A stretch of 64,000 nucleotides of DNA from Poseidonia sp. (GCA_049412325.1 JBMSEL010000005.1:2244-66243), one strand, 5' to 3'. Numbered from the stretch's first letter, positions 44,624-54,312 are shown. Notes: generated from the sequence alone by a model not told the origin. Numbers and translations are program-made.

Positions 44624-45607
44624 CTAGAGGTGATCACGGTTCACGACAAAGTCACATGCCACACCGTTGAGAACATCCATGACGTTGGCGGCAATGTCCA
44701 TTCCAACACGCCCTTGGGCTTCAACGGTGGACGCCCCAATGTGCGGTGTACCGTGAAAGTGTTCCATCTGAAGCAACGGATGGTCGGGGTCCACCGGTTC
44801 TTGTTCAAACACATCGAGAGCAGCGGAAGTGAGAACACCGGACTGAAGCGCCTCCAAAACGGCGTGCTCATCGACGATGCCACCGCGAGCGCAATTGACG
44901 ATGTGGCTTCCACACCGAGCACCGTCCTTACCGATGTGCGGCATCGATGCCAAGCGCTCAGCGTTGACCAAATGGTGCGTCTCGTCCGTTAAATTGCAGT
45001 GGATGGACACGTGGGTGCAGTTCGAGAACAGTGCGTCCACCGTTTTGTGCAGACGCGTGCCTTGTGCTTTAGCAATCTTCGGAGGGAGGTACGGGTCGTA
45101 GGCATGAACCTCCATGCCGATGGCTTGAGCGATGCGGCCGACCGATTGAGCGATCCTCCCAAACCCGATGAGGCCGAGGGCTTTGCCGGAAAGTTCTGAG
45201 CCTGTCATCGCTTTCTTTTCCCACCGTCCTTCTCGCAGAGAGCGGTCTGCCCGGGGAAGATGGCGAATGGACGCAAGAAGATGTCCAAGGGTCAGTTCAA
45301 CCACGGATTGAGTGCTGGCGCGAGGAGCGTTGACGACACGAATGCCTCGTGTTCCGGCCGCCGCCAGGTCAATGTTGTCGACGCCGACACCGGCACGACC
45401 GATCACCTTGAGGCGGTCACCGGAGGCTTCGATCACTTCGGCAGGAAGTTTGGTTGCACTTCGGATGATGATGGCGTCAAAGTCCGCCAGTGCCCCAGCG
45501 AGAAGATCGGAGGCGGTGATGTGTTCGACCACGACCTCGTGACCGGCTTTCTTGAGGCGTTGAACGGCCTTTTCATCCATCCCATCGGTCACGGCAATTC
45601 TGGCCAT
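44624..45607 (-). CDS. serA: D-isomer-specific 2-hydroxyacid dehydrogenase (short D-3-phosphoglycerate dehydrogenase-like, no ACT domain)
   Basis: Start set at ATG 45607 (MARIAVTDGMDEKAV). GLIGFGRIAQSVG NAD fold, NCARGGIVDE, and HIGAST. The upstream 137 codons of the track ORF are antisense to a real + strand gene. Confidence 0.8.
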   Translation of the reverse strand: MARIAVTDGMDEKAVQRLKKAGHEVVVEHITASDLLAGALADFDAIIIRSATKLPAEVIEASGDRLKVIGRAGVGVDNIDLAAAGTRGIRVVNAPRASTQSVVELTLGHLLASIRHLPRADRSLREGRWEKKAMTGSELSGKALGLIGFGRIAQSVGRIAQAIGMEVHAYDPYLPPKIAKAQGTRLHKTVDALFSNCTHVSIHCNLTDETHHLVNAERLASMPHIGKDGARCGSHIVNCARGGIVDEHAVLEALQSGVLTSAALDVFEQEPVDPDHPLLQMEHFHGTPHIGASTVEAQGRVGMDIAANVMDVLNGVACDFVVNRDHL

Positions 45608-45708
45608 GGTCGGTGGGTCTCCCGAGGGTGTTAGAACATTGGGTTTGTGGCGGAAATGAACCGCTGTTTTCAACAACCCCTGATGAGTGGCGTGGATGAG
45701 GAAGGTCA

Positions 45709-46863
45709 ATGGAATCTGGTCTGCAAGAGTTGCTTTGGGGGGCAGGTATCCTCGCCCTCCCGTTACTTCTTGCCTTGCCGATGAGGCTTGCTTGGCAATT
45801 TTGGGTCGGGGTTGGCCATGAGGTGTCCGAGTACAGAACGATCGTTCGACAAATTGTCGATTCAGGGCATCAAGTGGCTTCCTTTTCGCAAACCTTGGAT
45901 GACATCGCTCGCAACCTCCGCATCCCTCCAGCCAAGCAGCGGCTGATCGAGGCTGAATTGCTTCACCCGCTGACGCTGTCACACTTTTTGCTCCTGCCTG
46001 CGCTCTTGATTCTGCCACTTTCAGCCATCATGGCCTTGCCCCTGATTCTCCTAGGATTTCCCTTCATGCTCTTCATGGAATACCTCTTGATTCGACGCCG
46101 CCTGTTGATTTTGGCGCTCAAGACCATCGAACGCCTCTTGCACTGGCAAGTCATTCACATCCCGAAACCGCATCGTGGAAACAAAGAACAGCGTCGTTCA
46201 CTGACGGAGTTCTCTCAGCACATTGAACATTTCAACTACGTCCCACAGGCTGCGTTCTTGGGGTTATTTGCTTGGCTCATTGTGCACTGGGTCTTGGACC
46301 TGGATTCTTGGACCATTGAACTCATCGTGTCCTCTTTTCTTTACATGGTCCTGCTGTCCATTCTCTCGGTGCTGAACACTGCGTTTGAGGCTGACCTCGT
46401 CTTTGTGGACCCTGCAAAAGGACGGCTCGTCCCGGTGAATCAATGGCTTGAGGGGGTGCTCAATCCTGTTGTGGGCATCGGATTGCTGTTCCTGTTGGGT
46501 CGAAACCTGCTTGAGGAATCTCGAGATGTTGATGGAAACCCTATCCTCTTTGCCACGGTCGTCCTCACGCTTCTGTACGGTGCGGCCATCGTCGGCCTCT
46601 CCTACCGATGGGGTTATTCTTCATGGAGAGGAGAGCGAGTCCGCCAGGACTTCGAAGTCCAAGTCATCGACTACCTCAACCCACTTTCCTACGACCTCAC
46701 CCGAACCAAGGGGCGCATCGATTTCAACGTTCGAATGGGCATGGATGAGCGGCTCACCGACTTTGATACGGCTGCACCGCAGCAGTTGAGTTTCGAGGAA
46801 TTACAGAATTTGCCAAGCATCCCGCTCGACACCAAGGCTCCGGACAATCCATTGAAGAAGTGA
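45709..46863 (+). CDS. hypothetical polytopic membrane protein
   Basis: 384-aa ORF with about 7 hydrophobic helices (for example LLLPALLILPLSAIMALPLILLGFPFMLF). No motif recognised. Confidence 0.6.
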   Translation: MESGLQELLWGAGILALPLLLALPMRLAWQFWVGVGHEVSEYRTIVRQIVDSGHQVASFSQTLDDIARNLRIPPAKQRLIEAELLHPLTLSHFLLLPALLILPLSAIMALPLILLGFPFMLFMEYLLIRRRLLILALKTIERLLHWQVIHIPKPHRGNKEQRRSLTEFSQHIEHFNYVPQAAFLGLFAWLIVHWVLDLDSWTIELIVSSFLYMVLLSILSVLNTAFEADLVFVDPAKGRLVPVNQWLEGVLNPVVGIGLLFLLGRNLLEESRDVDGNPILFATVVLTLLYGAAIVGLSYRWGYSSWRGERVRQDFEVQVIDYLNPLSYDLTRTKGRIDFNVRMGMDERLTDFDTAAPQQLSFEELQNLPSIPLDTKAPDNPLKK

Positions 46864-46865
46864 TC

Positions 46866-47576
46866 TCAGTCAAGCCAAGGGATGCGTTCGGGCAACTCAC
46901 CAAACAGGTTGGCGGGAATCGCTGTCTTGATCTTTGATACGCTTCCGAGTTTGGCCGCTGTTTCATCTTGCCAGGCCTTGAATTCATCATAGGAGGTCAT
47001 CGATAAAACCGGGTTGTGTTTCCGGTTCCAGTCCAGCGACATCATCTCGGTACCGGGGGGGTCATGCCCCGAGCACACCACCGTAGAGCCTTCGAATCGC
47101 GAGAGAACCTGAAGGGCGTCCCAGTGCACGTGAATCCGACCACTTGGCAAATCATCTCGACCGACACCACCTGCGCCATTGAACAGGAAATCACCTGTCA
47201 TCATGTAGCCGGGAACATGGACGATCATCGAATCGTTGGTGTGACCGGGGGCAGCGTGGAATTGAATGGGAATGGAACCGAGCATGATTTTCTCTTCGTC
47301 GTCAACGTGCATGGTCACGCCGAGGCTCGCCGTCTCGGTTGACATGACGTACGCACAGTCGTACATCGCTTGCAAGCTGAAACACGCTGTGATGTGGTCG
47401 GCATGCGTGTGGGTCGCAATGACATAGACCAACGTAAGGCCATCATTCTTGAGGAGGTCAACATACTGTTGCATGAAATCGTACACCGGGTCCACCAAGG
47501 CCGCTTCCTTCGTGGCCTCATCCACGATCAAATACGTCATCGCCCAACCTCCCTCATTCAACTGTTCGAAGCGCAT
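46866..47576 (-). CDS. MBL-fold metallo-hydrolase
   Basis: Start set at ATG 47576 (MRFEQLNEGGW). VIATHTHADHITA (HxHxDH), APGHTNDS, and CSGHD. Confidence 0.8.
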   Translation of the reverse strand: MRFEQLNEGGWAMTYLIVDEATKEAALVDPVYDFMQQYVDLLKNDGLTLVYVIATHTHADHITACFSLQAMYDCAYVMSTETASLGVTMHVDDEEKIMLGSIPIQFHAAPGHTNDSMIVHVPGYMMTGDFLFNGAGGVGRDDLPSGRIHVHWDALQVLSRFEGSTVVCSGHDPPGTEMMSLDWNRKHNPVLSMTSYDEFKAWQDETAAKLGSVSKIKTAIPANLFGELPERIPWLD

Positions 47577-47655
47577 GGTTGAGCCGAGAGATAGGAGTGA
47601 TTTGAAGGTTGATGTCAGGGCATTCATCATATACCGTCGTCGTGGTTGTTTGGCC

Positions 47656-48861
47656 ATGACAGCCCTCATAGAATACGGACTTCTCCTCGTAGGCCTTGCC
47701 ATCGGTGCTTCGGTTGGGTGGCTCCTCGCGAAGCAATCGTTTTCTGGCCAACTGATCCGTGCTGAAGAACGCCTCCGGGCCAACGAAGCCAGTGCAGTTG
47801 GAAACGAACAACGAATTCGGGCCGAGGTTGAAAACATCGCCATCAAAATCGGTGAGGAAAACTCAGCCCGCTTCCTTGAGATGGCGCAAGCCAAACTTGT
47901 CAATCAGCAACAAGATGCTACGCATGAGTTGGAACTTCGCAAATTGGAGGTCGCCAACCTTGTCAAACCCATTCAAGAAGAGATGGCCAAACTCACCGTG
48001 ATGAACGCAGAAATGGAAAAAGAACGTGCGGGAGCGTACGAAGGTATCAAGCGGCACCTCAAGGAATTAGGAGAAAAAACAGAATCGCTTTCCACCCGCA
48101 CGACGGCGCTTTCGACTGCGTTGACCACCTCGAGCCAAGCACGAGGGAATTGGGGCGAAGTGAAACTCCGGCGTTTGTTCGAGATGGCTGGGATGAGTGA
48201 AAACATCGATTTTGATGAACAAGCCACCCTCGCTGACGGCAGTCGGCCAGACTTCGTGGTTCGCTTGCCGGACAGCGGTGTCATCCCGATTGATTCCAAA
48301 GCAACCGGAGCCCATTTTCTGCAAGCGGCTGAGCTTGAGCCCGGAGACGAGCAGACCATGTTGCTCAAGAAACATGCCAAAGCCATGCGAGGGAGAATTG
48401 CGGAACTCAGCAAGAAGGCCTATCAAGAAACCATTGAAGGCGAATTCGATCATGTCGTGATGTTCGTCCCAAGCGAAGCCATGGCGGCTGCAGCCTTTTC
48501 TATGGATGCCGAATTGATGGATTATGCCATGAGCAAGTCTGTTCTCATTGCCACACCTGTCACGATGCTTGGTTTGTTGAGAACCGTGGCGCTGTACTGG
48601 CAACAGCATGCGCTGGCTGAAGGTGCGAACGAAATCTACGAAGTCTCACGAGAACTCTACAAGCGAGTGAATACGACGATGGACCACTTTGTGAAGGTTG
48701 GTGGGCACCTTAGCAAAGCAGCCAAGGCTTACGACGCTACGATGAATTCATACGGACGACGCGTCTTACCTCAGGCTCGGCGATTGGAAGAACTCAAGGT
48801 GTCTGAAACGTTGCAATCAACACTCCCCGAACCAACGGAAATCGAGTATCCCAAAGAATGA
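47656..48861 (+). CDS. rmuC: DNA recombination protein RmuC
   Basis: Start set at ATG 47656 (MTALIEYGLLLVGLAIG anchor). Coiled coil, then RGNWGEVKLRRLFEMAGM, RPDFVVRLPDSGVIPIDSK, and MFVPSEA. Confidence 0.85.
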   Translation: MTALIEYGLLLVGLAIGASVGWLLAKQSFSGQLIRAEERLRANEASAVGNEQRIRAEVENIAIKIGEENSARFLEMAQAKLVNQQQDATHELELRKLEVANLVKPIQEEMAKLTVMNAEMEKERAGAYEGIKRHLKELGEKTESLSTRTTALSTALTTSSQARGNWGEVKLRRLFEMAGMSENIDFDEQATLADGSRPDFVVRLPDSGVIPIDSKATGAHFLQAAELEPGDEQTMLLKKHAKAMRGRIAELSKKAYQETIEGEFDHVVMFVPSEAMAAAAFSMDAELMDYAMSKSVLIATPVTMLGLLRTVALYWQQHALAEGANEIYEVSRELYKRVNTTMDHFVKVGGHLSKAAKAYDATMNSYGRRVLPQARRLEELKVSETLQSTLPEPTEIEYPKE

Positions 48862-48907
48862 GCGAGGACGAGCGAGGGTTCTTGACCGACGGAGAAGTGG
48901 ACGTTTC

Positions 48908-49627
48908 ATGCACCCCTCCGAGGTCATCTACTTGGAGCATGACGGCAAGGTGCTGCTGGTTGATGAATCTGGAAATGGACCACGACAACCCGTGAAAGGT
49001 CGGGCGACTGGGGGCACCGAACTTCGGTTCCCGACCCGTAAGGAAGTCGAGGCGTTGGGCATTGAATTCACGGAAAAAAACCATCTCTGCCTCCGATACA
49101 ATGAGGATGAATTCCATGTCAAGAAAGCGTACCCGCTGATGGACTGGCCGAAGGATTGGGCATGGAAAGATGCGTGCGTCTCTGACAACGCTGTCCATCC
49201 CGTGGCCCGTGATGCCATCTATCGGTCCATTCATCGGCTTGTATCGAAAGTGATGGTGTGCAACCAAACCGGTGATGTGCTCATGGCCAAGGTTGAGCGT
49301 GGTCATTTCAGGGGATTCTGGACGCTCCCTGGAGGATACATGGACCACGACGAACATCCAGCCGTCGGGTGTGTTCGCGAAACACTCGAGGAACTCGGAC
49401 TCAACATCGTCCTTGATGATATGGAACCCGTTGTCACGCAGAACATCTTCAACGACGAAGGCATCTCCTTCGTTTCGTTCACCTATCGCTCAACATGGAA
49501 CGGGAAGTTGAACGAACTCACACTGCAAACTGAAGAAATCTCTGAAGCCGCATGGTTTTCACCAACGGAAGCCTTCAACCAAGCGGTTTCGTACTTCGAT
49601 CGAGAGGCCCTTCGAAGCCTGTTATGA
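48908..49627 (+). CDS. NUDIX hydrolase with extra N-terminal domain
   Basis: Nudix box GGYMDHDEHPAVGCVRETLEELGL in the C-terminal half. Confidence 0.8.
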   Translation: MHPSEVIYLEHDGKVLLVDESGNGPRQPVKGRATGGTELRFPTRKEVEALGIEFTEKNHLCLRYNEDEFHVKKAYPLMDWPKDWAWKDACVSDNAVHPVARDAIYRSIHRLVSKVMVCNQTGDVLMAKVERGHFRGFWTLPGGYMDHDEHPAVGCVRETLEELGLNIVLDDMEPVVTQNIFNDEGISFVSFTYRSTWNGKLNELTLQTEEISEAAWFSPTEAFNQAVSYFDREALRSLL

Positions 49628-52477
49628 TCAAACACCCAACGCTGAACGAGCCGCATCCAGCGCATCGTCCAAGCCATCGGCATGGGAGCCGCCACCTTGG
49701 GCGAAGGTTGGGCGGCCCCCGCCCCCGCCCTTGATGTGCGGCGAAATGGAACGTAAGAGATCAACGGCGTTGTACCGCTCGCTGGCCACGGTGTTTTCTG
49801 TAGCGGCGATCATCAGTTTACCGCCCCCATCCCTCGAACCGAGGACCGCTAACGTGGGAATGGAGGCATCAAGCGTCAATTCCTTCAGCATCGTGGTCAT
49901 GGATTTGAGATCGCCATCAATCTCCATCACAACAACACGGACACCATCGACCTCAGTCGATGCATCGCCGCCACCCGATGTTCGAAGACGTACAATTTCA
50001 GATTCAAGTTGCTCAATCAATTTTCGTTGTTCCTTCCACTCTTTGAAGAAGCGAGCTGCAGCCTTGGGCAAATCGTCTCCATGAACACCAAACACCTCAC
50101 TTGAGGCACGAACGAGTGCATCCTGAGAACGGGCGTAATTGAGGGCTGCTTCGCCGGCAACGATGTGAAGACGTTCAACACCATCCTGAACGGCGGAAGA
50201 ACGAACGATTCTGATGGAACCAATTTGTCCAGGTTCGTCGTGGTGTGTCCCCCCACAAGCCTGAATGTCATGGTCAGCGATCTTCAAAATTCGAATGGAA
50301 TCCCCCTTTGGCGCACCCCCTTGGTAGAGGTCAAAACCGTGGATGAGGTCAGCGTCTTTTCGATTGAGTTGGGTTTTCTCCGTGGTACGAACTTCCGCCA
50401 ACACCGCATTGGCCATGTCTTCCATCGCATCCAATTCCGCACGATTCAGGCGGTGGAAATGCGTGATGTCGAGTCGCCCACTCTCAACAGAGAGGTGGGA
50501 GCCTGCTTGGAAAATATGCGGACCCAACAGGCGACGAGCGGCTCCACCAACGATGTGCACGGCCGTATGATGGTCCATGAGCTGTTTCCTTCGCTTCCAG
50601 TCAAGATGACCCTGGACCGATGAACCAACATCAACGGGTTGGTTGGTGAAGTGGACGATGACATCTCCAACTTTTTGTGTATCGAGCACATTGGTGGTGA
50701 TGCCGTCACGGGTCAAGATGCCGTGGTCGCCTTCCTGACCACCACCTTCTGGGTAAAACAGCGTGGAGTCAAGAACAACAGCGTGAGTTGAACCGTCAGG
50801 ACCCTGGCCCTCGGAAGGGAGACAGGCAAGGACACGTGCGTCAAACGACGGCTGGTAAACAGCGTCGTAATACAGGCTGACCGTGGCTGGAAGCGATGCA
50901 ACATCAAGTGAACTGGTGGCCGTAGATTCTGCACTTGCGGCTTCCTTGGCGAGACGAGCATGGCGCTCCGCCATCTCTGCGGAGAACCCCGTTCGCAATG
51001 CGACCTTCTTCCAGCCAGCATTACGGGCGAGCGTGATGGCCATGTCTGGCGCAAGACCGTGGGAATCGTTCATGGTGAAAAGGTGGTCGTCGGGAATAAA
51101 TTCACTGTCTTTCGACACGGATTTCAGCTGGGTTTGGATCACGTTGGTCCCCTTTCGCAGCATTTCTGCATACCGTTCTTCCTCCAGCGCCAAGATGGTG
51201 AGCAAGCCTTCTTCCGTCTGTTTGTTGAGATGGCCACCCAAATTGATGTCAAGGTGGTGGCGCGCCAAATCGGGAAGAGAAACCGCGATACCAAGTTCGT
51301 CGCGCATGCGAAGGACCCGTCGTGCCAGCATGCGTGCGAGGTACCCTGCTTTCGCATTCGACGGAACGAGGCCATCACCGAGCATATTGCACAAGGCGTG
51401 AAGATGGTCGGGAATCGCATAGATATTGGCCAATGGTTCTGTAACAGAGGAGAATTGTTCAGCGGTCAAATCAACGCCACGCTCCTTGAGTTTGGTGAGG
51501 AACAAATTGACAAGTTGTTCACCATCAACACCGGCTTCGATGTTCATGATCCCGTTTAAGCGAGACATCTCACTCAGCAGGCCGTTCAAGTCAAGCGATG
51601 GCCAACGGCTCGTGACCTGGTCAAAGCCAGAGAGTTCCTTGAGCCATTCAACGGTTTCTGGATAGATGGCTTCGTAAATGGTCGGTGTCCCGGCAGCCGC
51701 CCAGCAAAAGCGTTCAAGACCGTAGCCTGTGTCAATGATTTGCAGCGGCATCGTACGGTAGGTATCGCCTTTGAGTTCCACATCACCATCTGGATGCTCC
51801 TCCATGTCCATGAAAACAAGTGTGGCCAGTTCGAGACCACCCACAATGACCTCAACAGCAGCGCCTGCATTGCCACCTCCGCACCAAGGGTTCTCAACAT
51901 ACGTAACTTCGTTCGCATCAATGCCGAAGGTCTCGGTCAACATGCGATGGCAGTGGTCAACACATGCTTCCATCCAGTAGATTTCCAACCCTTCATCGGG
52001 GCGATTAAACACGTGATGCGCCATCATTTCAAAGGTGGTAAGATGACGACCTGACCGACCCACGGCATCGACGTCAGTCAACCGAATGCAAGGTTGAGAA
52101 ACGGTCAAGGGATTCGCGGGTGGGTCAACGGCACCTGAGGTCACATGTGGTTGAAAATCGGCGATGGAAGCGATGGTCAGATGAATGTCATCCCGCCATC
52201 GTGCGAGCACCGGATAGGGGTCGATACGGGTGTGCTCAACCGACTCAAAAAAGCCGAGAAACGCTTCTCTCATGGCATCTTTGAGGGCCTTTCCCCGTTG
52301 ATCAAAGCCAGCGATCAGTGGAGCACCGATGAAGGTGTATTCGTCCTCTGACGTATCGCCACAGGTGTCTCGTCCTTCATCGGTGGTCCAAAACCAAAGA
52401 GATGTGACACGACATTGCTTGCGAACATAGCCGTTCTTGTGAAACACGGCGAGGTCAATGGGTGGCAAGGACATCAA
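49628..52477 (-). CDS. alaS: alanine--tRNA ligase (archaeal type)
   Basis: Class II core FEMMAHH. Editing domain HHTAVHIVGGA and ACGGTHH. C-terminal DHHA1-like tail GGGGGRPTFAQGG. Confidence 0.95.
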   Translation of the reverse strand: MMSLPPIDLAVFHKNGYVRKQCRVTSLWFWTTDEGRDTCGDTSEDEYTFIGAPLIAGFDQRGKALKDAMREAFLGFFESVEHTRIDPYPVLARWRDDIHLTIASIADFQPHVTSGAVDPPANPLTVSQPCIRLTDVDAVGRSGRHLTTFEMMAHHVFNRPDEGLEIYWMEACVDHCHRMLTETFGIDANEVTYVENPWCGGGNAGAAVEVIVGGLELATLVFMDMEEHPDGDVELKGDTYRTMPLQIIDTGYGLERFCWAAAGTPTIYEAIYPETVEWLKELSGFDQVTSRWPSLDLNGLLSEMSRLNGIMNIEAGVDGEQLVNLFLTKLKERGVDLTAEQFSSVTEPLANIYAIPDHLHALCNMLGDGLVPSNAKAGYLARMLARRVLRMRDELGIAVSLPDLARHHLDINLGGHLNKQTEEGLLTILALEEERYAEMLRKGTNVIQTQLKSVSKDSEFIPDDHLFTMNDSHGLAPDMAITLARNAGWKKVALRTGFSAEMAERHARLAKEAASAESTATSSLDVASLPATVSLYYDAVYQPSFDARVLACLPSEGQGPDGSTHAVVLDSTLFYPEGGGQEGDHGILTRDGITTNVLDTQKVGDVIVHFTNQPVDVGSSVQGHLDWKRRKQLMDHHTAVHIVGGAARRLLGPHIFQAGSHLSVESGRLDITHFHRLNRAELDAMEDMANAVLAEVRTTEKTQLNRKDADLIHGFDLYQGGAPKGDSIRILKIADHDIQACGGTHHDEPGQIGSIRIVRSSAVQDGVERLHIVAGEAALNYARSQDALVRASSEVFGVHGDDLPKAAARFFKEWKEQRKLIEQLESEIVRLRTSGGGDASTEVDGVRVVVMEIDGDLKSMTTMLKELTLDASIPTLAVLGSRDGGGKLMIAATENTVASERYNAVDLLRSISPHIKGGGGGRPTFAQGGGSHADGLDDALDAARSALGV

Positions 52478-52549
52478 ATCAACTCCACGAGGTGAACAGT
52501 CCGTCCAAGCGAAGGCCCCCCTTCAAGGCTGTGTTCCCGGAGACCATGA

Positions 52550-54070
52550 ATGGTGAGCAAAAAGTCTCAAATCAAATGCCCGAGAGCCCGTATCATGGAA
52601 CCTACATGGCGCCAGCACCTCGTAGACGAGGGTGATGGTACCATGCGCATCAAAGCTCACGGGATGATGAAGACGGATGCCAGATTGGTAACCGATGCCG
52701 CTCACATGAAACGTCATGCTGACGACCGTGGGCCCGAGCAACTCGTCAACACAGCAGCGCTCCCCGGAATTGTTGGAGAGGCGTGGGCTATGGCCGACTG
52801 GCATTATGGCTATGGGTTTCCCATTGGGGGCGTTGTTGCCACCGACACCGAAGCAGGGGAACTCGGCGGAGCGGTGTCACCTGGTGGTGTCGGCTTTGAC
52901 ATCAATTGTGGCGTTCGATTTCTTGCCCTCGAAGCAACAGCCCAAGACATTCCAAACCTCAAGAAACTTGCAGGACGATTGGCGGGAAGGATCCCCGCTG
53001 GGGGCTCCGGTAAGGGCGGCGTTGATCTCAGCCAACAAGACCTCAACAACCTGCTACAACGAGGTGCGCATGCTGCCGTGGATTTGGGTTACGGACTCCA
53101 TGAGGACTTGAACCATCTTGAGTCGCAGGGCCTTCTCGAAACGGAGGAAGCCAATCTTTCCCAGCGCGCAAGAGAGCGAGGTCTGCGATCATTGGGCACG
53201 CTTGGCAGCGGCAACCACTTCCTTGAATTGCAGACCGTTGGGAAGGTGGTTGATGAAAAGACCGCAAAGGCGTGGGGCCTCTTTGAAGACCAAGTTGTCG
53301 CTATGATTCATTCTGGTAGCCGAGGCCTTGGGCACCAAGTCTGTACGGACCATGTCCGGCAACTCGAAGCAACCTACAAACTCCAACAAGGTGTTTGGCA
53401 TAACGAAACATGGGGCTACGAACTCCCCGACAGGCAATTGGCAGCTGCCCCCATCCACTCGCCAGAGGGACAAGCCTACCTCGATTCGATGAACGCTGCA
53501 GCAAACTTTGCGTTTGCCAACCGGGCTGTCCTCGCTGAGCGGTTGCGAACGGTCCTTCGATTGGAGATGGGTGTTGACGGTGAAGCAAGAACGTTGTACG
53601 ATGTCGCCCACAACATAGCAAAAATGGAAACACACGTCATCCACGGACGTTCCTGCTCGTGCTGCGTCCATCGCAAGGGTGCCACTCGTGCGTTTGGTGG
53701 AGATCATGCCGATATTGGTGCTCAATTCAGTCTGACGGGCCAACCGGTGATTGTTCCAGGCGACATGGGTAACGGTTCCTGGATCATGGCTGGTGCTCCA
53801 GTGGGCAGCAATGCGGCCTTTGGTTCATCGTGCCACGGAGCAGGGAGGGCCCTCTCAAGAAGTCAAGCAAAAAAGACACAGGATGGAAAAGCGCTGAAGC
53901 GAATGCTTGAGGAACGAGGTGTTCGTGTCCACGCCTCAACACCGAACGTGCTCTCTGAAGAAGCGCCGGATGCCTACAAAGATGTCGACGAGGTCATCGC
54001 TTTGACCGCCAAGGCCGATTTGGCCCGACCCGTGGCCAGAATGAATCCCCTCGCCGTCATCAAAGGCTGA
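52550..54070 (+). CDS. rtcB: RNA-splicing ligase RtcB
   Basis: AMADWHYGYGFPIGGV, GVGFDINCGVR, GSGNHFLELQ, IHSGSRGLGHQ, and SSCHGAGR. Alternative start at ATG 52595. Confidence 0.95.
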   Translation: MVSKKSQIKCPRARIMEPTWRQHLVDEGDGTMRIKAHGMMKTDARLVTDAAHMKRHADDRGPEQLVNTAALPGIVGEAWAMADWHYGYGFPIGGVVATDTEAGELGGAVSPGGVGFDINCGVRFLALEATAQDIPNLKKLAGRLAGRIPAGGSGKGGVDLSQQDLNNLLQRGAHAAVDLGYGLHEDLNHLESQGLLETEEANLSQRARERGLRSLGTLGSGNHFLELQTVGKVVDEKTAKAWGLFEDQVVAMIHSGSRGLGHQVCTDHVRQLEATYKLQQGVWHNETWGYELPDRQLAAAPIHSPEGQAYLDSMNAAANFAFANRAVLAERLRTVLRLEMGVDGEARTLYDVAHNIAKMETHVIHGRSCSCCVHRKGATRAFGGDHADIGAQFSLTGQPVIVPGDMGNGSWIMAGAPVGSNAAFGSSCHGAGRALSRSQAKKTQDGKALKRMLEERGVRVHASTPNVLSEEAPDAYKDVDEVIALTAKADLARPVARMNPLAVIKG

Positions 54071-54259
54071 TCACATGCAGACTTGCATCATACCCTGCCC
54101 TGGCAGGGTAGGCGCTGCACCGCTGTGAACACCGTCTGGCTCTTCCACGATGACGCTCAACAATGTGTTGACCAATTCTTTCAGTTCATCGACCTGGTGT
54201 TGGAGTTCCTTCACCCGTCGTTGCATGTCCTCTGCTTCTTGCTTTCGCTCCATGTGCAT
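54071..54259 (-). CDS. small coiled-coil hypothetical protein
   Basis: 62-aa ORF (ERKQEAEDMQRRVKELQHQVDELKELVNTLL) with its own TATAAAG box 47 nt upstream. It is short, so confidence is modest. Confidence 0.35.
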   Translation of the reverse strand: MHMERKQEAEDMQRRVKELQHQVDELKELVNTLLSVIVEEPDGVHSGAAPTLPGQGMMQVCM

Positions 54260-54305
54260 CCCATCTGAGAAGTTGCCTTCTCAACATGAAATCAGGAAAA
54301 TCACC

Positions 54306-54312
54306 CTTTATA
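54306..54312 (-). promoter_or_regulatory. TATA box (TATAAAG) upstream of small ORF 54071-54259
   Basis: Read on the minus strand. It lies between the tRNA-Thr oligo-T tract and the ORF. Confidence 0.4.

Noticed and set aside
44165-44992. 275-aa + strand ORF across the polB start, small ORF and serA 3' end
   Set aside because: It is antisense to three better-supported minus-strand genes. The product is S/R/C-rich and has no motif.
45608-46018. 137-codon N-terminal extension of the serA-like ORF (track start 46018)
   Set aside because: The dehydrogenase aligns from MARIAVTDG (ATG 45607). The extension is antisense to the real + strand membrane-protein gene starting at 45709.
47449-47903. Long 5' extensions of rmuC (track start 47449) and of the MBL hydrolase (track start 47903) that overlap each other
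   Set aside because: The two extensions are mutually antisense. Domain boundaries place the real starts at 47656 (TM anchor of RmuC) and 47576 (MRFEQL of the MBL fold).
53189-53743. 184-aa minus-strand ORF inside rtcB
   Set aside because: rtcB on the + strand is unambiguous (all catalytic motifs are present). The antisense product has no features.
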